Shown: positions 47,560 through 61,379 of the stretch, one piece after another | Position numbering within the stretch: the stretch's first letter is position 1 | How the letters are laid out: the number at the start of each line of letters is the position of its first letter | Assembly: GCF_030144855.1 (NCBI RefSeq) | Contig: NW_026779681.1 | Coordinates: forward strand, 1-64,000 | Length of the DNA stretch: 64,000 nucleotides | DNA from: Hypanus sabinus | Taxonomy: Eukaryota | Direction: 5' to 3' | Made by a program: the position numbers and the translations under genes | The notes under the pieces: model-generated | What the model was told of the DNA's origin: nothing | What the model saw: only the letters and a program-made list of their open reading frames with translations | The model's database searches: none

Positions 47560-50500
47560 GAGATGTAACGGAGGTTTATAAGGTTATGAGAGTCATAGAC
47601 AGAGTAAATAGGAAGTATCTGTACCACAGTATACAAAGTTGTGCCGAACATGTCCCGAACTGAGAAATGGCGAGGATTATTCAGAACCCGCTATTTTTAT
47701 AAGCTCCATGTAAGTATTCAAAATTCTATTAGAAGGCCCTATCATATCCGACCCCACCACCGTTACCGGCAGCTTAATACACGATCTCACCACTTTCTGA
47801 GTAAAAAGCATATCCTTGACATCTCCTCTGTACCTACTCCCAAGCACCGTAAACCTCTGCCCTCTTGCGACAGCCATTTCTGCCCTGGGGAGCAAAGCCT
47901 CTGACAATCCTCACGATCAATGCCTGTGATCATCTTATACACCGCTATGAGGTCACCTCCCATCATCCCTCGAACCATTTGGAAAAGGCCCAGTTCTCTC
48001 CGCCTGAACTCATAAATCATGCTTTCCAATCCAGGCAACATGCTCCATTGCAACCTTTCTATGGTTTCCGCATCCGCCCTGTAGTGAGGCTGTCAGAATT
48101 AAACACAGTACTCCAAGTGGGGTCTGATGAGGGTCCTATATAGCTGTGAGATTATTTCTCTGTTCCGTAGTTCAGTTCCACGTTTGGTGAAGGCCAATAC
48201 CACGTACGCTTTCTTAACCACGGAGTCAAACTGCGCAGCTGTTTTGAGCGTACTATGGCCTTGAACTCTGATATCCTCTGCTGCTCCACACTGCCAAGAG
48301 TCCTACCATTAATACTGTATTCTGCCATCATATTTGATCTACCAAAATGAACCACTTCTCACTTACCTGGGTTTTCCTGCACCTGCAACTGCTTAGCATG
48401 GTGGTTGGTGAGCAGTGATATCTAACCATATAACCATATAACAATTACAGCACGGAAACAGGCCATCTCGACCCTTCTAGTCTCTGCCGACGCTTACACT
48501 CACCTCTTCCCAGGGGCCTGCACTCTGCCCATAACCCTGCATTACTTTCCTGTCAATATATCTATCAATGTTTAATTAAAATGACAAGACCGAACCTGCC
48601 TTTACCACTTCTACTGGAAGCTCATTCCACACAGCTAACCCTCTCTGAGAAGGGAAATTCTCCATCGTGCTACCCTTAATATTTTGCACCTTAACTCTCA
48701 AACCATGTATTCCTGTTTGAATCTCCCCTACTCTCAAAGGAAAAAAAAAACCTATGCACGTTAACTCGATCTACCCCCCTCATAATTTTAAATACCTCTA
48801 TCAATTCCTCTCTCAACCTTCTACGCTACAAGGAATAAAGACCTAACTTGTTCAGACTTTCCCTGTAACTAAGGTGCTGAAACCCAGGTAACATTCTAGT
48901 AAATCTTCTCACTACTATCTCTATTGTTTTGATACCTTTCCTATAATACGGCGTCCAGAACTGTACACATTACTCCAAATTCGGCCTTACCATTGCCTTA
49001 TACAATTTGAACATTCCATCCCAACTCCTGTACTCAATGCTCTGATTCATAAAGTCCAGCATACCAAAAGCTTTCTTCACTATCCTATCCACTTGAGATT
49101 CCATCTTCAGGGAACTACGCACTATTATTCCTAGATCACTCTGTTCTATTGCATTCTTCAACACCCTACAAGTTACGATGTATGTCCAATTTGAATTATT
49201 CCTACCAAAATGTAGCACCTCACGTTTACCAGCATTAATCTCCATCTGCATTCGTTAAGCCCACTCTTCTAAATGTCATAAATCTCTCCGCAAACTTTGA
49301 GAACCTATTTAATTATCCACAAAGCCACCTACCTTAGTATCATCTGCATACTTACTAATCCAATTTACCACCCCATCTTCCAGATCATTAATGTATATGA
49401 CAAACAACATTGGACCCAATCCAGATCCCTGAAGCACACCACTAGTCACCGGCCTCCGACATGACGAACAGTTATCCACCACTATTTTCTGTCAGCTCCC
49501 ATCTAGCCACTGTTGAATCCATTTTACTACTTCAATATTAATACCTAACAATTGAACCTTCCTACCTAACCTTACGTGCGGAACCTTGTCAAAGACCTTA
49601 CTGAAGTCCATATAGACAGTATACACTGCATTGCCCTCGTCATCTTTCACCGTAACCTCTTCAAAAATTGAATAAGATTTGTCAAACTTCACCTTCCACG
49701 CACAATTCCATGCTGACTATTACTAATCAGACCCTGTCTATCCAGATAATTATATACACCAATTCCAAGAATACTTTCCTTTAATTTCCCCTCCACTGAC
49801 GTCAAACTGACAGGACTATAATTGTAAGGTTTACACTTAGAACCCTTTTTAAACAATGGAACCACAGGAGCAATACGCCAATCCTCCGGCGCCATCCCGT
49901 TCTCTAATGACCTCTGAAATATTTCTCTCAGAGCCACTGCAATTTCAACACCAAGTTCCCTCAAGGTCCTAGGGAATATTCTGTCAGGACATGGAGATCT
50001 GACCTGCCCTTAATCCTCGCCATTTTTAAAAAATGACCTTGATGAGTAAGTGGATGGATGGTTTAGAAATTTGCTAATGACACAAATGTTGGGGTTGTTG
50101 TGGATAATGTGGAGGGCTGTCAAAGGTTACAGCCGGACATTGGTGGGATGCAAACTGGGCTGAGCAATTGCAGTTGGAGTTCAACCCAGATAAATGCGAA
50201 GTGATTAATTTTTGGTAGGTCAAATATGGTGGCACAGTATTAATGGGCGGAGTCTTGGTCGTGTGGAGCAGCAGAGGATATCTCAGAGTCCGAGGCCATA
50301 GTACGCTCAACACAGCTGCGCAGTTTGACTGCGTGGTTAAGAAGGCACACGGTGTATTGACCTTCAACAACCTTGGAATTTAATTTCGGAGCCAAGAAGT
50401 AATCTCGCAGATATATGGGACCCTCGGCAGACCCCATTTGGAGTACTGTGTTTATTTCTGGTCGCCCCACTACAGGAATGAAGAGGAAACCATAGAAGTG

Positions 50501-51620
50501 TGCAAAAGAGATTTACAAGGATGTTGCCTGGATTAAAGAGCATGCCAATTTGAGAGAACTCGGCCTTTTCCCGTTGGCTCGAGGGATAATGGGAGGTGTC
50601 CTCACAGAGGTGCACAAGATGATCACAGGCATTGATCGTGAGGATTTGTTGATTGAAGGTCCTTGATTCGACAGATAAAATCAGGCACTCGAAAAGCTTC
50701 TTCATCACCCTGTCGAACGGCATAGCCACTTTCAAGCATATATGTACTTGGAACCCGAGATTGCTCTGCTCAGAAACACGGTTATGGTTCTTGCCCGAGC
50801 AGTGTACTGTTTCCTCACATTTACTTGACACCACGGTGCGGCATCTCAGATTTATCTGGTTAATTTCGATCTATCCTGTGGCTGTTAACATCCGCAACTC
50901 ATCTCTGTCTCGCTGTAATCTTTGCCAGTCTTCAAGAGCGGCCACAACCCGAGCACCCTTGGTATCATTTGTAATCTTACGAGCCCACTCTTATAGATTT
51001 TCATCCAGGTCATTTATATACATGGCAAGCCGCAGGGATCCCAGTACAGATCACTGCCGAGCATCACGAATTACAGATCTCCATCTCGGATCGGTCTTCA
51101 GTCATCTCACTCTGCTGTCAATTCGCAAGTATATTCTGAGTCCAAGCAGCCAAATCGCCGCCGATCCCCTGCCTCTTAAAATTCTGGATTAAACACGCTA
51201 GCGGGTGTATGTCAATCGCCTGACTGAAACCATGTAGACAGCATCCAGGGCCTTACCCTCATAAATCTCTATCGTCATCTTCTTAGATTCCCCAATCAAG
51301 CTGGAAGACCAAGTCGGTCCGGAACAGAAACATGTTAGCTCTCGCTAACTCCCGGACATCTTGTACATACAATTTATTTTTGCCTCCGATGACTTGATAA
51401 CGAAAGTCAGCCTCACCTATCCGTAGTTTACGGAACTTTTACCGTTTCTCTTTTGAAAAAGAGACAAAATATTAACACTGGCCAGTGCAGCGGGACCTGG
51501 AAGGAACATGAGGAAGCCGATCAAGGACCCAGCAGTATTCCATCATCCCGCCTTCAATAACCATGGGGTGAATTCCATCAGGTTCGGTCGGCCTGGCCAA
51601 CATTTGTTGGAAGCCCAGAC
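47560..51620. mobile_element. Patchwork of CR1 fragments (minus 47600-50000, plus 50030-50640, minus 50650-51620)
   Basis: MDFSKVFDKVPH, NYSPVSLTSV, KAMVRPNLE, WSPHYRNEE and similar RT motifs in alternating orientation. Confidence 0.85.
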
Positions 51621-51929
51621 CCTGTTCCTCCTTGAATTCGAAACGTTTTAACGTATCTGTATACTAAACACTGAGCCCCTGGTTGCCGAATATACGCTTC
51701 CTTGGAAAATTCCGAATGAATGTACTCTGTCGGTACCCCTCGCGCATTCTGTGAATCCAATGATCGTTTCTCCCTTTATCGGGAAGTGGACCCCCTTTCT
51801 TCCTTTACATTCTGTAAAAGTGCCGTTACAATGATACAGGACAACACCTCCATTTCCTTAGAAGGTTGCGCAGATTTGGAATGGCAGGTAAAGGTTTGTC
51901 ACACTTCCATGCATAGACTGTTAAGAGTA

Positions 51930-52500
51930 CCATGAAGTACTCCTTCAAGATTGCTGTGGACCAATGCAGGGAACAGGAAACAACTCGGACCCAGTGCATC
52001 GAAAGGGACCGTCCTCCCCACCATTGAACACATCTACAAAGAGCGTTAACGGAAGAAAGCATCATCGATCATCAAAGACCTCCACCATCAGGGCATACAC
52101 ACTTCCCGCTGCTGCGGTGGGGACGGAGGGGAGGGGGTCGCAGTTCCCACACAACAAGCTCACGGACATTTGTCACCCAACATCTATCAGGCTCATGAAA
52201 CAGCCTGGATGTCCTCACTATCTTCAAATCTGAAATGAATCCACAAGCTATGGACAGATTTTCATGGACTCTTCAACTCATGTGCAGATAGTTTTTTTTT
52301 ATTTCTCTATTAGCTGATCTCCCTTTCTATCTATCCATTCATTCGTTATTCATTAATTTATTTCTGTCTTGTTTGCTCAGTTTGTCATCTATTGCATATT
52401 GGTTATTTGCATAGTCTCAGTTTTGGCATGGCACTTCAATGTTTCAGTTGCATTTCGCTTTTGTACTCTGGATACCAACAAGAAAAGTAACCCCAAGGGA
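51930..52500. mobile_element. Rex1/L2-type 3' fragment
   Basis: catcgatcatcaaagacctccaccatcaggg and ccagttcccacacaacaagctcacggac...ctatcaggctcatgaa resemble the common fish Rex/L2 3' region. Confidence 0.55.
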
Positions 52501-52779
52501 GCATTTGGTGACATAACATAGTTTGATAATAAATTTACTTTGACTCCGTTGACGCTGAAGGAAATCGTGGCCATGTGTTCTATCGGAAGAGGAATACAGT
52601 GGGGTTGGCGGCAGGAAACTAGTGTTGTAGGCTGTGTTCGTCAATCGTCCTGCCGACAAGAGAACCGCAGAAGGGTTTCAGTAAGTTCCAAAGGTAAAGG
52701 AGTCACGCAGAGTGGTCAGACTGGGTCTAATACAAAGGGAAATGCAAAACAGCAGTAAAAAATGACTTGCGAATAAAAT

Positions 52780-53900
52780 ATTTAAATAGTCCAGTGAACC
52801 ATTAAACACAGGAGCAGAAATACACCATTGCGCTATGGAGTCTTCTGTGCCATTATATCATGGCTGATCCCAGAACTTACTCAAACACATAGATTTACCT
52901 TCACAACGTATCATTTGATGCCCCGATAGATCAGGATACGATCGATTTCCAGTCTGAATATATCCACACGGCGTTGGTCTCCACGGCTACTGTTCTGAAC
53001 GGTCGCGCTTCACATGTGAGGTCGTGTCCTCCAGTGATGGACACCTCCCCCAGAGGAAACATTTTCTCCACATCGACCCTATCATGTCCGAACTACCTAC
53101 CCCACCCCACCAATCAGAACTACCTACCCCACCCCACCAATCTTCACATATTCTGCAAACTTTGCCACAGAGCAATTAATTCCATTACCCAAATCACGAA
53201 CAAAGAAGGTGAAAAGCAGATATCCCAATTCTGACCTTGAGGAACACCTCTAGTCACCGGCAGCCATCTGCAAAAAAGGTCTTTTATTCTCCCTCTTTGC
53301 ATCCTGACTCAGTCACTTCTCTATCCATGCCAGTATCTTTCCTTTTAACTCCATAGTTTTTTTTTCCTTGTTCAGCAGCTGCATTTGTGGCGCATTATCA
53401 AACACCTTCTGAAAATCCAAGTAAATGACATCCACTGCCTCACCTTTATCTACCATCCTCGCTTGTCTCTTCATCGAAGAACTGTTACAGACTTGTCAGA
53501 CAAGATTTCCATTTAGGGAAACACTGTTGACTTTCTGCTATTTTATCATTAGTGTCCCAGTAACTCGCAATCTCATCCTCAATGATGTACTCCAACAGTT
53601 TCCCAGTTAGATCAAGCTAAGAGGCCTAAAATTTCCAGTCTTTTAATTTCATCCCTTCGTAAAGAGTGGAGTCACATTTATAATGTTCCAGTCCTCCAAG
53701 CCTTGCCAGAATATAACAATTATTTAAAGAAAATGAGCAATATATCAATTTTCTCTTCAGCAGCCTCTCTGGGACTCAGGGATGTAGTCCATCTGTCACA
53801 GGAGATTTACTCAACTTATGCCCTTTGTGGCTGCAGAGCACTTTTTCATTTGTAATAGCAATGACACTCATTCCTGGTCGGTGACACTCTCGGGACTCTG
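52780..53900 (-). mobile_element. Old CR1 RT fragment
   Basis: tccaagtaaatgacatccactgcc (reverse of AVDVIYLDF), gggatgtagtccatctg. Confidence 0.7.
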
Positions 53901-55639
53901 GGTCACTGATAGCGCCTTCCAGAGCAAACACGTCTGCAAAGAAACCTTTAAGTTCATAGCTCAGTACTTTGCCCCCATTGCTATCTTACATAAAGAACAT
54001 TAGTTTTCAACTGTTAAATTTCCTATGCTACCAAGTATGTATAAGTAAAATATATGCAGTTATGCCGACCAAATTAGCAATAATTCGATGGGGACCATTC
54101 TGGGAACAGTGCCCATAATTGCTCAAGTGTTAAGGTCGTAAATGGTTATGACCAGGCTGGTATTCACGGCACAGCGCTCAATTTGGCGAATGCAGAATAG
54201 AGGTGCATTGCGCAGGAACTGGGGAACGTTCATTAAGAATCGCCGCAGGGTCTAAATCCACACATGAAATGTTTATCTTATAATATTGATCTCAGTAACG
54301 TCATGTTTTTTTTTTTTTCCTGAGCATGAAGCTAAGTATTGAGCAACTCGTGGCAATTTTCAAGAAGCTAATTGTTTCAAAATATTGTCGAGATGGACAG
54401 GGGGAAATAAATGATGTTTAGTGTTTAGTCATCCGATATAGAGCCAGATATTCGGCGTTATTAAACAAAGCACGAATGTTGAAACAAGGGATACTGAGAA
54501 GGTACGCAAAAAAGGAGCGAGAGAATGTCAGGCCTTTTTAGGAAGAAAATAGGTTATCTGGAGACAGGAATTTCGGAAAATCCTTGAGGATTAATTCACA
54601 TCGGAGTTCACCACGGAAACGGATACACGGTAGGACAAAATCAGGAGTCGAAGGATATTGTTGTAGGGTATGATGATATTGTGACAAAAGAGTTGAGACA
54701 TTTTTTGAGAACCCAACTCTGTATTGGGTCAGTATCATTGAGTCATATTCTGGCTTTTTTCTCCACCATCTCGGTGTCTCCACTGAAGCTCCAGTCGGCT
54801 CCTCCAACAGCTCAGCGCCTGTAACTCATCCTCTCTCCCTTCCATTCTGAGCCACCGCGTTGGTCTCCGTGCCGGAGACCAGGCCGCTGCGGCATTCCCA
54901 TGGTCTTTAGTCCCGCCAACATATTCAAGTTGGTACACCTGTTGTTGATGTGAACGACCACAGAGTGTTCTGCACTGGCTGTTTACTCCTTTTCTTCCCT
55001 CTCTTGTCGTTCACACACATACTCCCCACCTGTAACTGAGCGGTATCACTTCACTCTCTCGTAAAGAGCCGAATGTCACTGACTTGTAGGTCCGAATGAA
55101 GGCAGAAAAAGCATCAACCTCTGACACCGTTAAAGATTGTTTGTTTGTAGGATGTGGTGGCTATCGCTGAGTAGAGGCTGAAAGTTGGTCACATTTCGGA
55201 ACTGAATGTCCAAGGCTACACGTTGTATCGGAGGGATAGGAAGATTTGCAGAGTGGCTAGCGTGGCTCTGCGGGTAAAGAATGGCATCAGCTCACTAGAA
55301 ATATGTTGCAGAGGATCGTAAGCTGTGCGATCATTGTGGGTTGTGTTTAGAAAGTGTCAGGGTAATGCCACAAGAGCACACATGTTTAAGGTGCTGGGGA
55401 TTAGGTACAGAGGAGATATTAGGGGTAATAATTTTTATTCAGAGTGTGTTGAGTGCTTGGAATGAGCTGCCGGCAACGGTGGTGGAGGCGTTAGGGTCTT
55501 TTAAGAGACTTTTATATAGGTACATGGAGCTTACTAATATAAAGGGCTTTCGTAATCCTCGTAACTTCAAACGTCGGGATATGCTCGGCACACATTTGTG
55601 GACCGAAAGGCTAGTATTGTTCTATAGGTTTTCAATGTA

Positions 55640-56660
55640 TGTCTCTATGCAAATATTTTGAGTCAGTGGGGAGGATGTGAAATGCAGTCTCCCATTTATT
55701 TTCAGAGGACTGCTTATAAATTGCCAATATTTAAACTTTATACACTTCCTCGCTCTGCTACAGGCACATGGAGCGGTGAGCAAACCTAAGATCACAACCC
55801 TGGAGATCCTGTCCTTTCAATGAGCTCCTACTTCCCCGAGCCGCCTGTGCAGTACATCGTCACTCTTTGTACCCATGGCATTGGTACCTATGTAGACCCC
55901 AATTTCAAGCTGTTCAGCCTCACAGTAAAGAATGCTGAGGACTCGGTCCGAGGTAACCCTGACGTTGCCGGCGATGGAACCTCCTGCCCACAAAACTGAC
56001 TAACGAATATCTTATCACTAAAACCTGCCTTACCTCATATCACCCGTAATCATACAACCCACCGCCCACTTCCCTTCTCAGTTACAGTGGTAAACTGAGT
56101 GCCAGAGACCCGATCACCGTGACTGAACACTGTCAAGGCATTCACCCGCTCCTGGGCCCAACTACACTATCCATAATGTTGAAGGAGATGGCCACAGGGA
56201 CAGTTCCACTTTCTGACTGCCACACAGTTTCCTGTGCCCTGCGCCCTAGGTGTGTCTCCCTCTCTATATTTCCTGTCCATCAACGCTTCAGACTCCCGAA
56301 TGTTCTGGAGTTTCTCCATTTCCCGCTCCACCTGCTTAACGCTGATTGTGAGAAGCTGCAGCTGAACGCAGCCCTCGCAGCTGTAATCGTCAGGGTTACT
56401 GGAGTTCTCCATACCTTCTCAGCTACCGCAATAGGGCATTCGGCTATTCTGCCTGTGAGCCTCTGCTCTCCTATCAGAATAGAAAAAAAAGAACGGAGTG
56501 GTTTACTTTTCTTTGCCTCGTTAGACAGAAGCCTCCCTGAGCTGACACATCGGCGACCGGATGCATGAAGATCACCTGCTTGACGGTCCATTCAGACGTG
56601 GCCTATTGCATTTGACCCTGCCTTCTTCTTGCTGATCAACAGCAAACGCCTCCTGGTCGC
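55640..56660 (-). mobile_element. Old CR1 5' end / ORF1 fragment, head-to-head with GPCR copy C
   Basis: ENSSNPDDYSCEGCVQLQLLT..VKQVEREMEKLQNIRESE (CR1 ORF1 N-terminus); homologous to 39020-39760. Confidence 0.78.
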
Positions 56661-57261
56661 TGGTCAAAGATATTCCTCACTGTAACGACCCCCTGTCGCC
56701 TTAATACAACTGCTGATTGAAGTCCTCTCATCCCAAATCACCCGACGTCCCAATTGGCCGCTGCGCAAAACTCTGTTTCAAGACTATTATTGCGAAATTA
56801 TCAAACGATATTATTTTCAATCTACACATGCCGGCTAGTGGGGCAGTGACGTCATAACCGAACTCCGAACCGAAGGTTGCCGCTTTCGAAACCAGTCGAT
56901 CCGGTCCCTGGAATGCTTTCACGCCGTGCCGGGTTGAGTGTCGAGCTCGCAATTCGGCCTCACGTATACATAAAACAAATACTGCGCTGTGAGAAGGAAT
57001 GGCGGACCACTCAGAAAAATATTCAATTATAATTTAATCTGTTCATTTCATTATTATTATTATTATTTAATTTATTTTTGTTTGCTGCCTTTACCTTCCT
57101 TTCCATATTGGTTGTATGTCAGTGCCTGACTCTGTGTCAATAAGTTTCTCAATTTTGTGTCCACTTACCGATGCAGCTCGCATCGGCGGACAGGCGGCTG
57201 ATGAGATTATGAGATACATTTACAATCTTTGTTTGTTCTGCTTCTCTGACTGTCTGCAAAT

Positions 57262-57345
57262 AAAGGGTTAACTGCACGTTACACCATAGAATTTAATTAA
57301 GTGAGAGTCTGTGGGGATTGTCGATGTCACCGCGGAGGTGTGGCT
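57262..57345 (+). promoter_or_regulatory. Conserved upstream motifs of GPCR copy C
   Basis: AAAGGGTTAACTGCAC (57262-57277) and GTCACCGCGGAGGTGTGGCT (57326-57345). Confidence 0.55.
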
Positions 57346-57483
57346 GCTGGTTCACTGTTCTATGAATATGTCTCCCTCTCAATGGAAGTTTCAGTGAGGG
57401 CTGCTAGTCCACGCTACCAGAGACCAGCGGGTTCCAGATCGAGAGAGGCTGGATCGGGAACAGGAGTCTGGAGTATTCCAGCA

Positions 57484-60400
57484 ACGGATCTGTAAAATGC
57501 ATCGCTGAACGCTGCTGCATCTGTGAAGAATTTTCAATGGTTCATTGTATATCTGTTCAAAAATCCGCTGGAAACCCGAATCTATCATGCGCCTGAGACC
57601 GTCCAACTGGTTTATTATCCTCTACTCGCCTTTGTAGCTGTCCCTGGTAAGTGTCTCGTCTCTTCCTCATGATTAACGTTGAAAAATATGAATCAGCTTC
57701 TCTTTCATACCTGTCTTCTAACGACCAGTTAATTGTATGGCGGGTCTCTCAAACCGGTAAGGCTTCAGCAACACCGGCTGAGTGATTTACGGACGTTCCC
57801 TCTCCTGCTTTGGGGCTCTCAGCGTCCCGGTTACTTCTCCGTCAGGCAAACGATATCTGTGTCTCTTCTCATCTCAAGCACTGCCAGCAAGTGACCTCCC
57901 ATGCAGCTTCACTCCCAGAGAAACAGGTTCGAGCTCGCACAAACTCTCCTCACAGAACGTACCCTCTAATTTTGGCAGTATTCTGGGAAATTACATCAGC
58001 ACCCTCTGTGAAGCGTACACATGCTTCCGGTGCTTTTTGTTCCACAGTCCATTTGGGACATCGTATGATAATTAAGCTCTCTCGAAGTTTGTTGGAGAGG
58101 ACTGCAACGCTGGAAGAAAGGAATTAATGAATAAACAAACAAACAAATAAATAAACAACTAAATAAATAAATAGATACATCGACACCCCAGTTTTAAAGT
58201 GAATGAGATCACCTGGCTATCATTATTGCCATTATCTACCGTCTACAGAAATAGCGTAATGAAATCTGGGAGTCTGCAGACGGGCATCGATTGTTTTAGC
58301 GGAAGTATTAGCGTCTACGAGGGCGGGGCACAATTTTGCTAAAGGCAAAGGTATCTTCTTGGGAACGATAAATGGAAGAACAGAATGCTATTAAGTGGTA
58401 AAGGATTACAGTATGCTGCCGAGTGTAGGCAGTTCAGTGTGTTTGTCCTTCAATCACAAAAGGTTGGTTTGCACCAACAACAGGCTAGCAAGAAGGCAAA
58501 TGAGATATTGGCTTCCATTGCTACAGGGGTGATTTTAAGATCTGGGGGGAGTTATGCTGCATCTGCACAAGGTACTGATGAGGCGGCAGCTGGAGTACAG
58601 AGTGTAGGTCCAGTTCCCTGTCTTTAGGAGTGTTTCATTGGCCTTGTAGTCGCTTCCGCATATTGATTTTAGACATGAGGTGGCGAGTCTTTGAGGAGTG
58701 ATTGGGCCGCCTGAGACGGTACACATTGGAATTCGGAGGAATCAGAGACGATCCTTTCGCAACATGTAAAATGCGAACGGGATAGACAGGGACAGGAAAG
58801 TACGTTCCACTGGTGGGTGAGACAATAAATGAGGAGTGAACTTAGGACGGAAATGAGGAGGATCTACTTTTCCCAGACTGTGGTGAAGCTGTGGAATTCT
58901 CTGCCCAGTGAAGTAGTGGAGGCTTCCTCAATAAACATATTTTAGCAAAGTTTTGGAAAGATTTTTGCGTAGTAGGTGTAATAAGGGTTTTGTTGGGAAA
59001 AACAGGCAGATGGCGATGAGTCCATGGTCACATCAACCATGATCAAGTTCAATGACGGAGCTTGCCAGTCCGAACAGCTGGAGTATGCCAGCTGCTATTT
59101 CTTCAGTTCTTCTGCTCTAAAGTTCTCTCGAGTTTACAGTTGAAGGAAGTTGAATTTCCGTCGCCGTGATACTTGGCACTTAATCAGTCAGCAGTTCATT
59201 ATCGCATCCCGTTTTCAGCTCCATTTCCTGACGCCAAAGACCAAATACATTCCAGCCATCCATTAATATCACTACTTAGCCCATAGGGATCGAGAGTTGA
59301 ATTCGGTCCTTTGAGCACCGACGCTTCTCCGCCATTCCTTCATAGCTGATTTATTACCCCTCTCAACCACGTTCTGGCTACCACTCTCCATATCCACTGA
59401 CTCTCCGACGAATCAGGGGCACATCACTGTCTGCTGCAAATGTTTACAACGAACTGACTCCCACAGCCGGCTGTGTCGTGGAATTCAACATATTCGCCAG
59501 CCTCGGTCTGAACAATTTTCTAAATAGATGCATTTCTATTGTAAACCCTCAACCTCTAGTTGTAGACTCCACAACTACAGAAACTATCCTCTCCACCTCC
59601 TCTACAAAATTCAACTTTCAATATTCGGTAGGTATCAATGAGATTTCCCTCTTTATTCTGAACTGAATCATGTACATTCTAATCAATACCCATTCAATAA
59701 TGGCTCCCGAAAATCTCCTCAGTACATACATTGATTACAGGTCAATCTCTGCTCGGCGAAATGTTATCGATTAAAATAGTTGTTTTCAGAGAAAGCTTCC
59801 ATCCATGTCTGTGGTAATGCTCTTTATTTCCCTCCACATAGTGAACGTGGTGACAATCGTCATCCTGTCGCGGGGAGTGCGGTCTCTCCAATGGGGTGAT
59901 AAGGTACCTGGTTGTCATGGTAGCAGCGGATCAGTTGGTCGTTCTCTTCGATCTGGTATTGAGCAAGATTCCGATGAGTTACATGCCATGAGACGTTTTG
60001 TTCTGGTCGCTTCGTGTTCCCGTGTGTAATATCCACGCCGTCGTGTTCTACACCGCCACGGACTGTTCTGTCTGTTTCACCTTTGATCGATTTGTCGCTA
60101 TTTGTTTTCAGAACCTGAAACGAAAATACTGCACCGGGAGAGCGGCGGCTCTGGTTGTGGGGACAGTGACTCTGCTGAGCTGCGGAAAGAACATTTTCTG
60201 GTACTTTTTGCTCGATGGGTCATATTCGATGATGACTTCCTCCGTGCTTTGTTTGAGTTGTTTTCGTTTTTCCCGATCTCAGGAGGCAACATTTCTGCTG
60301 ATTCATTTCCTCCTCACCCCAATTTCCCCCCTTCTCTTGATTCTTCTGTTAAACACTTTAACCATTAGGCACGTCTTAGTGGCCAGCCGAGCCCGGAGGA

Positions 60401-60750
60401 GACTCCGTGGTTCGCGCGATGGCGAGACGCCCGTCGACCCGGAGATGAAGAGACGAAGGCAATCCCTCCTGTTACTGCTGGTGTTGTCGGGGAATTTCAT
60501 TTTGCTGTGGGCGCTGCTGACAGTTTATTCCGTATGGGAGAGCGTGGATTTTTACATTAACGCTATTCCACCGAAAGTTCTGCTGGATTTGGGCTGCATG
60601 CTTCATCTTCTGAGCTGCTGTACCAACACGGCGCTTTACGCCGTGGCACAGACCAGGTTCAGGCAGCAGATAAATGAGACGGTGAAATTTCTCTTCAATC
60701 CAGTAGAAAAGCCCACTCGGCGTTGTCAAGAGAGCACTAATCCTGAGTGA
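57484..60750 (+). pseudogene. GPR139/GPR142-like GPCR copy C pseudogene (exon 1 57484-57646, exon 2 59842-60750)
   Basis: Start codon is ACG, with TAA at codon 4. Exon 1 ends VYYPLLAFVAVP-G|GTAAGT. Exon 2 starts VNVVTIVILSRG, then has a frameshift, a TGA in ECL1 and a deletion in TM3. TM4-TM7 remain open. Confidence 0.9.
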
Positions 60751-61379
60751 CTGCCCAACATATACCATTTAGTCCGTGGCATCTGCAGTTCCATTGGGGC
60801 TGTGGAGATCCCTGAATAGCCCCTGCCCTCCAACCGTACATGCAGCAGCAGGATCAGGGTGTGTCCCAGTTTGTTGCACTCTGCTCCTTCCAGTTTACTT
60901 TCTTCTCGGCTTCCCTGCAATGCCTCCCTCAGTCCCACCAAGTGGTAATTCTACCGTTGTTTATTTGCGCAGCCTTGACATCGCCATCGCAATCCGACTG
61001 TTGTCTCCTGCCGGTATTCCGTGCGGCCCGAATGGCTGCTCAGGTACGCCCGATGTAGTTCAATCTCTTCCTCCTGCAAGTGCGATTCGTTCCAAGAGCC
61101 CTTGTCTTCGAACCGTTCAGGTAAACGAGCTACCATGAATAAACTGCAAGTCTCCACTTGCAACGGAATTCTTTGGTGATGTTTCTGCCACTTCGAGAAC
61201 AACTTAATAACTCGCACTCTTAAAACGACTCTTCCAATAGTCCGTCCCTAGCAACAATCCCCATCGCAAAGCCTCTGTGAAATTCAGAAAATTCTTGGGC
61301 ACTTTGTGCAGTGGTGGACCAAACTTTCGAAATGCTCTGTGTACATTGAGGACAGATAGGAGATTCTGTGGAGGATGAT

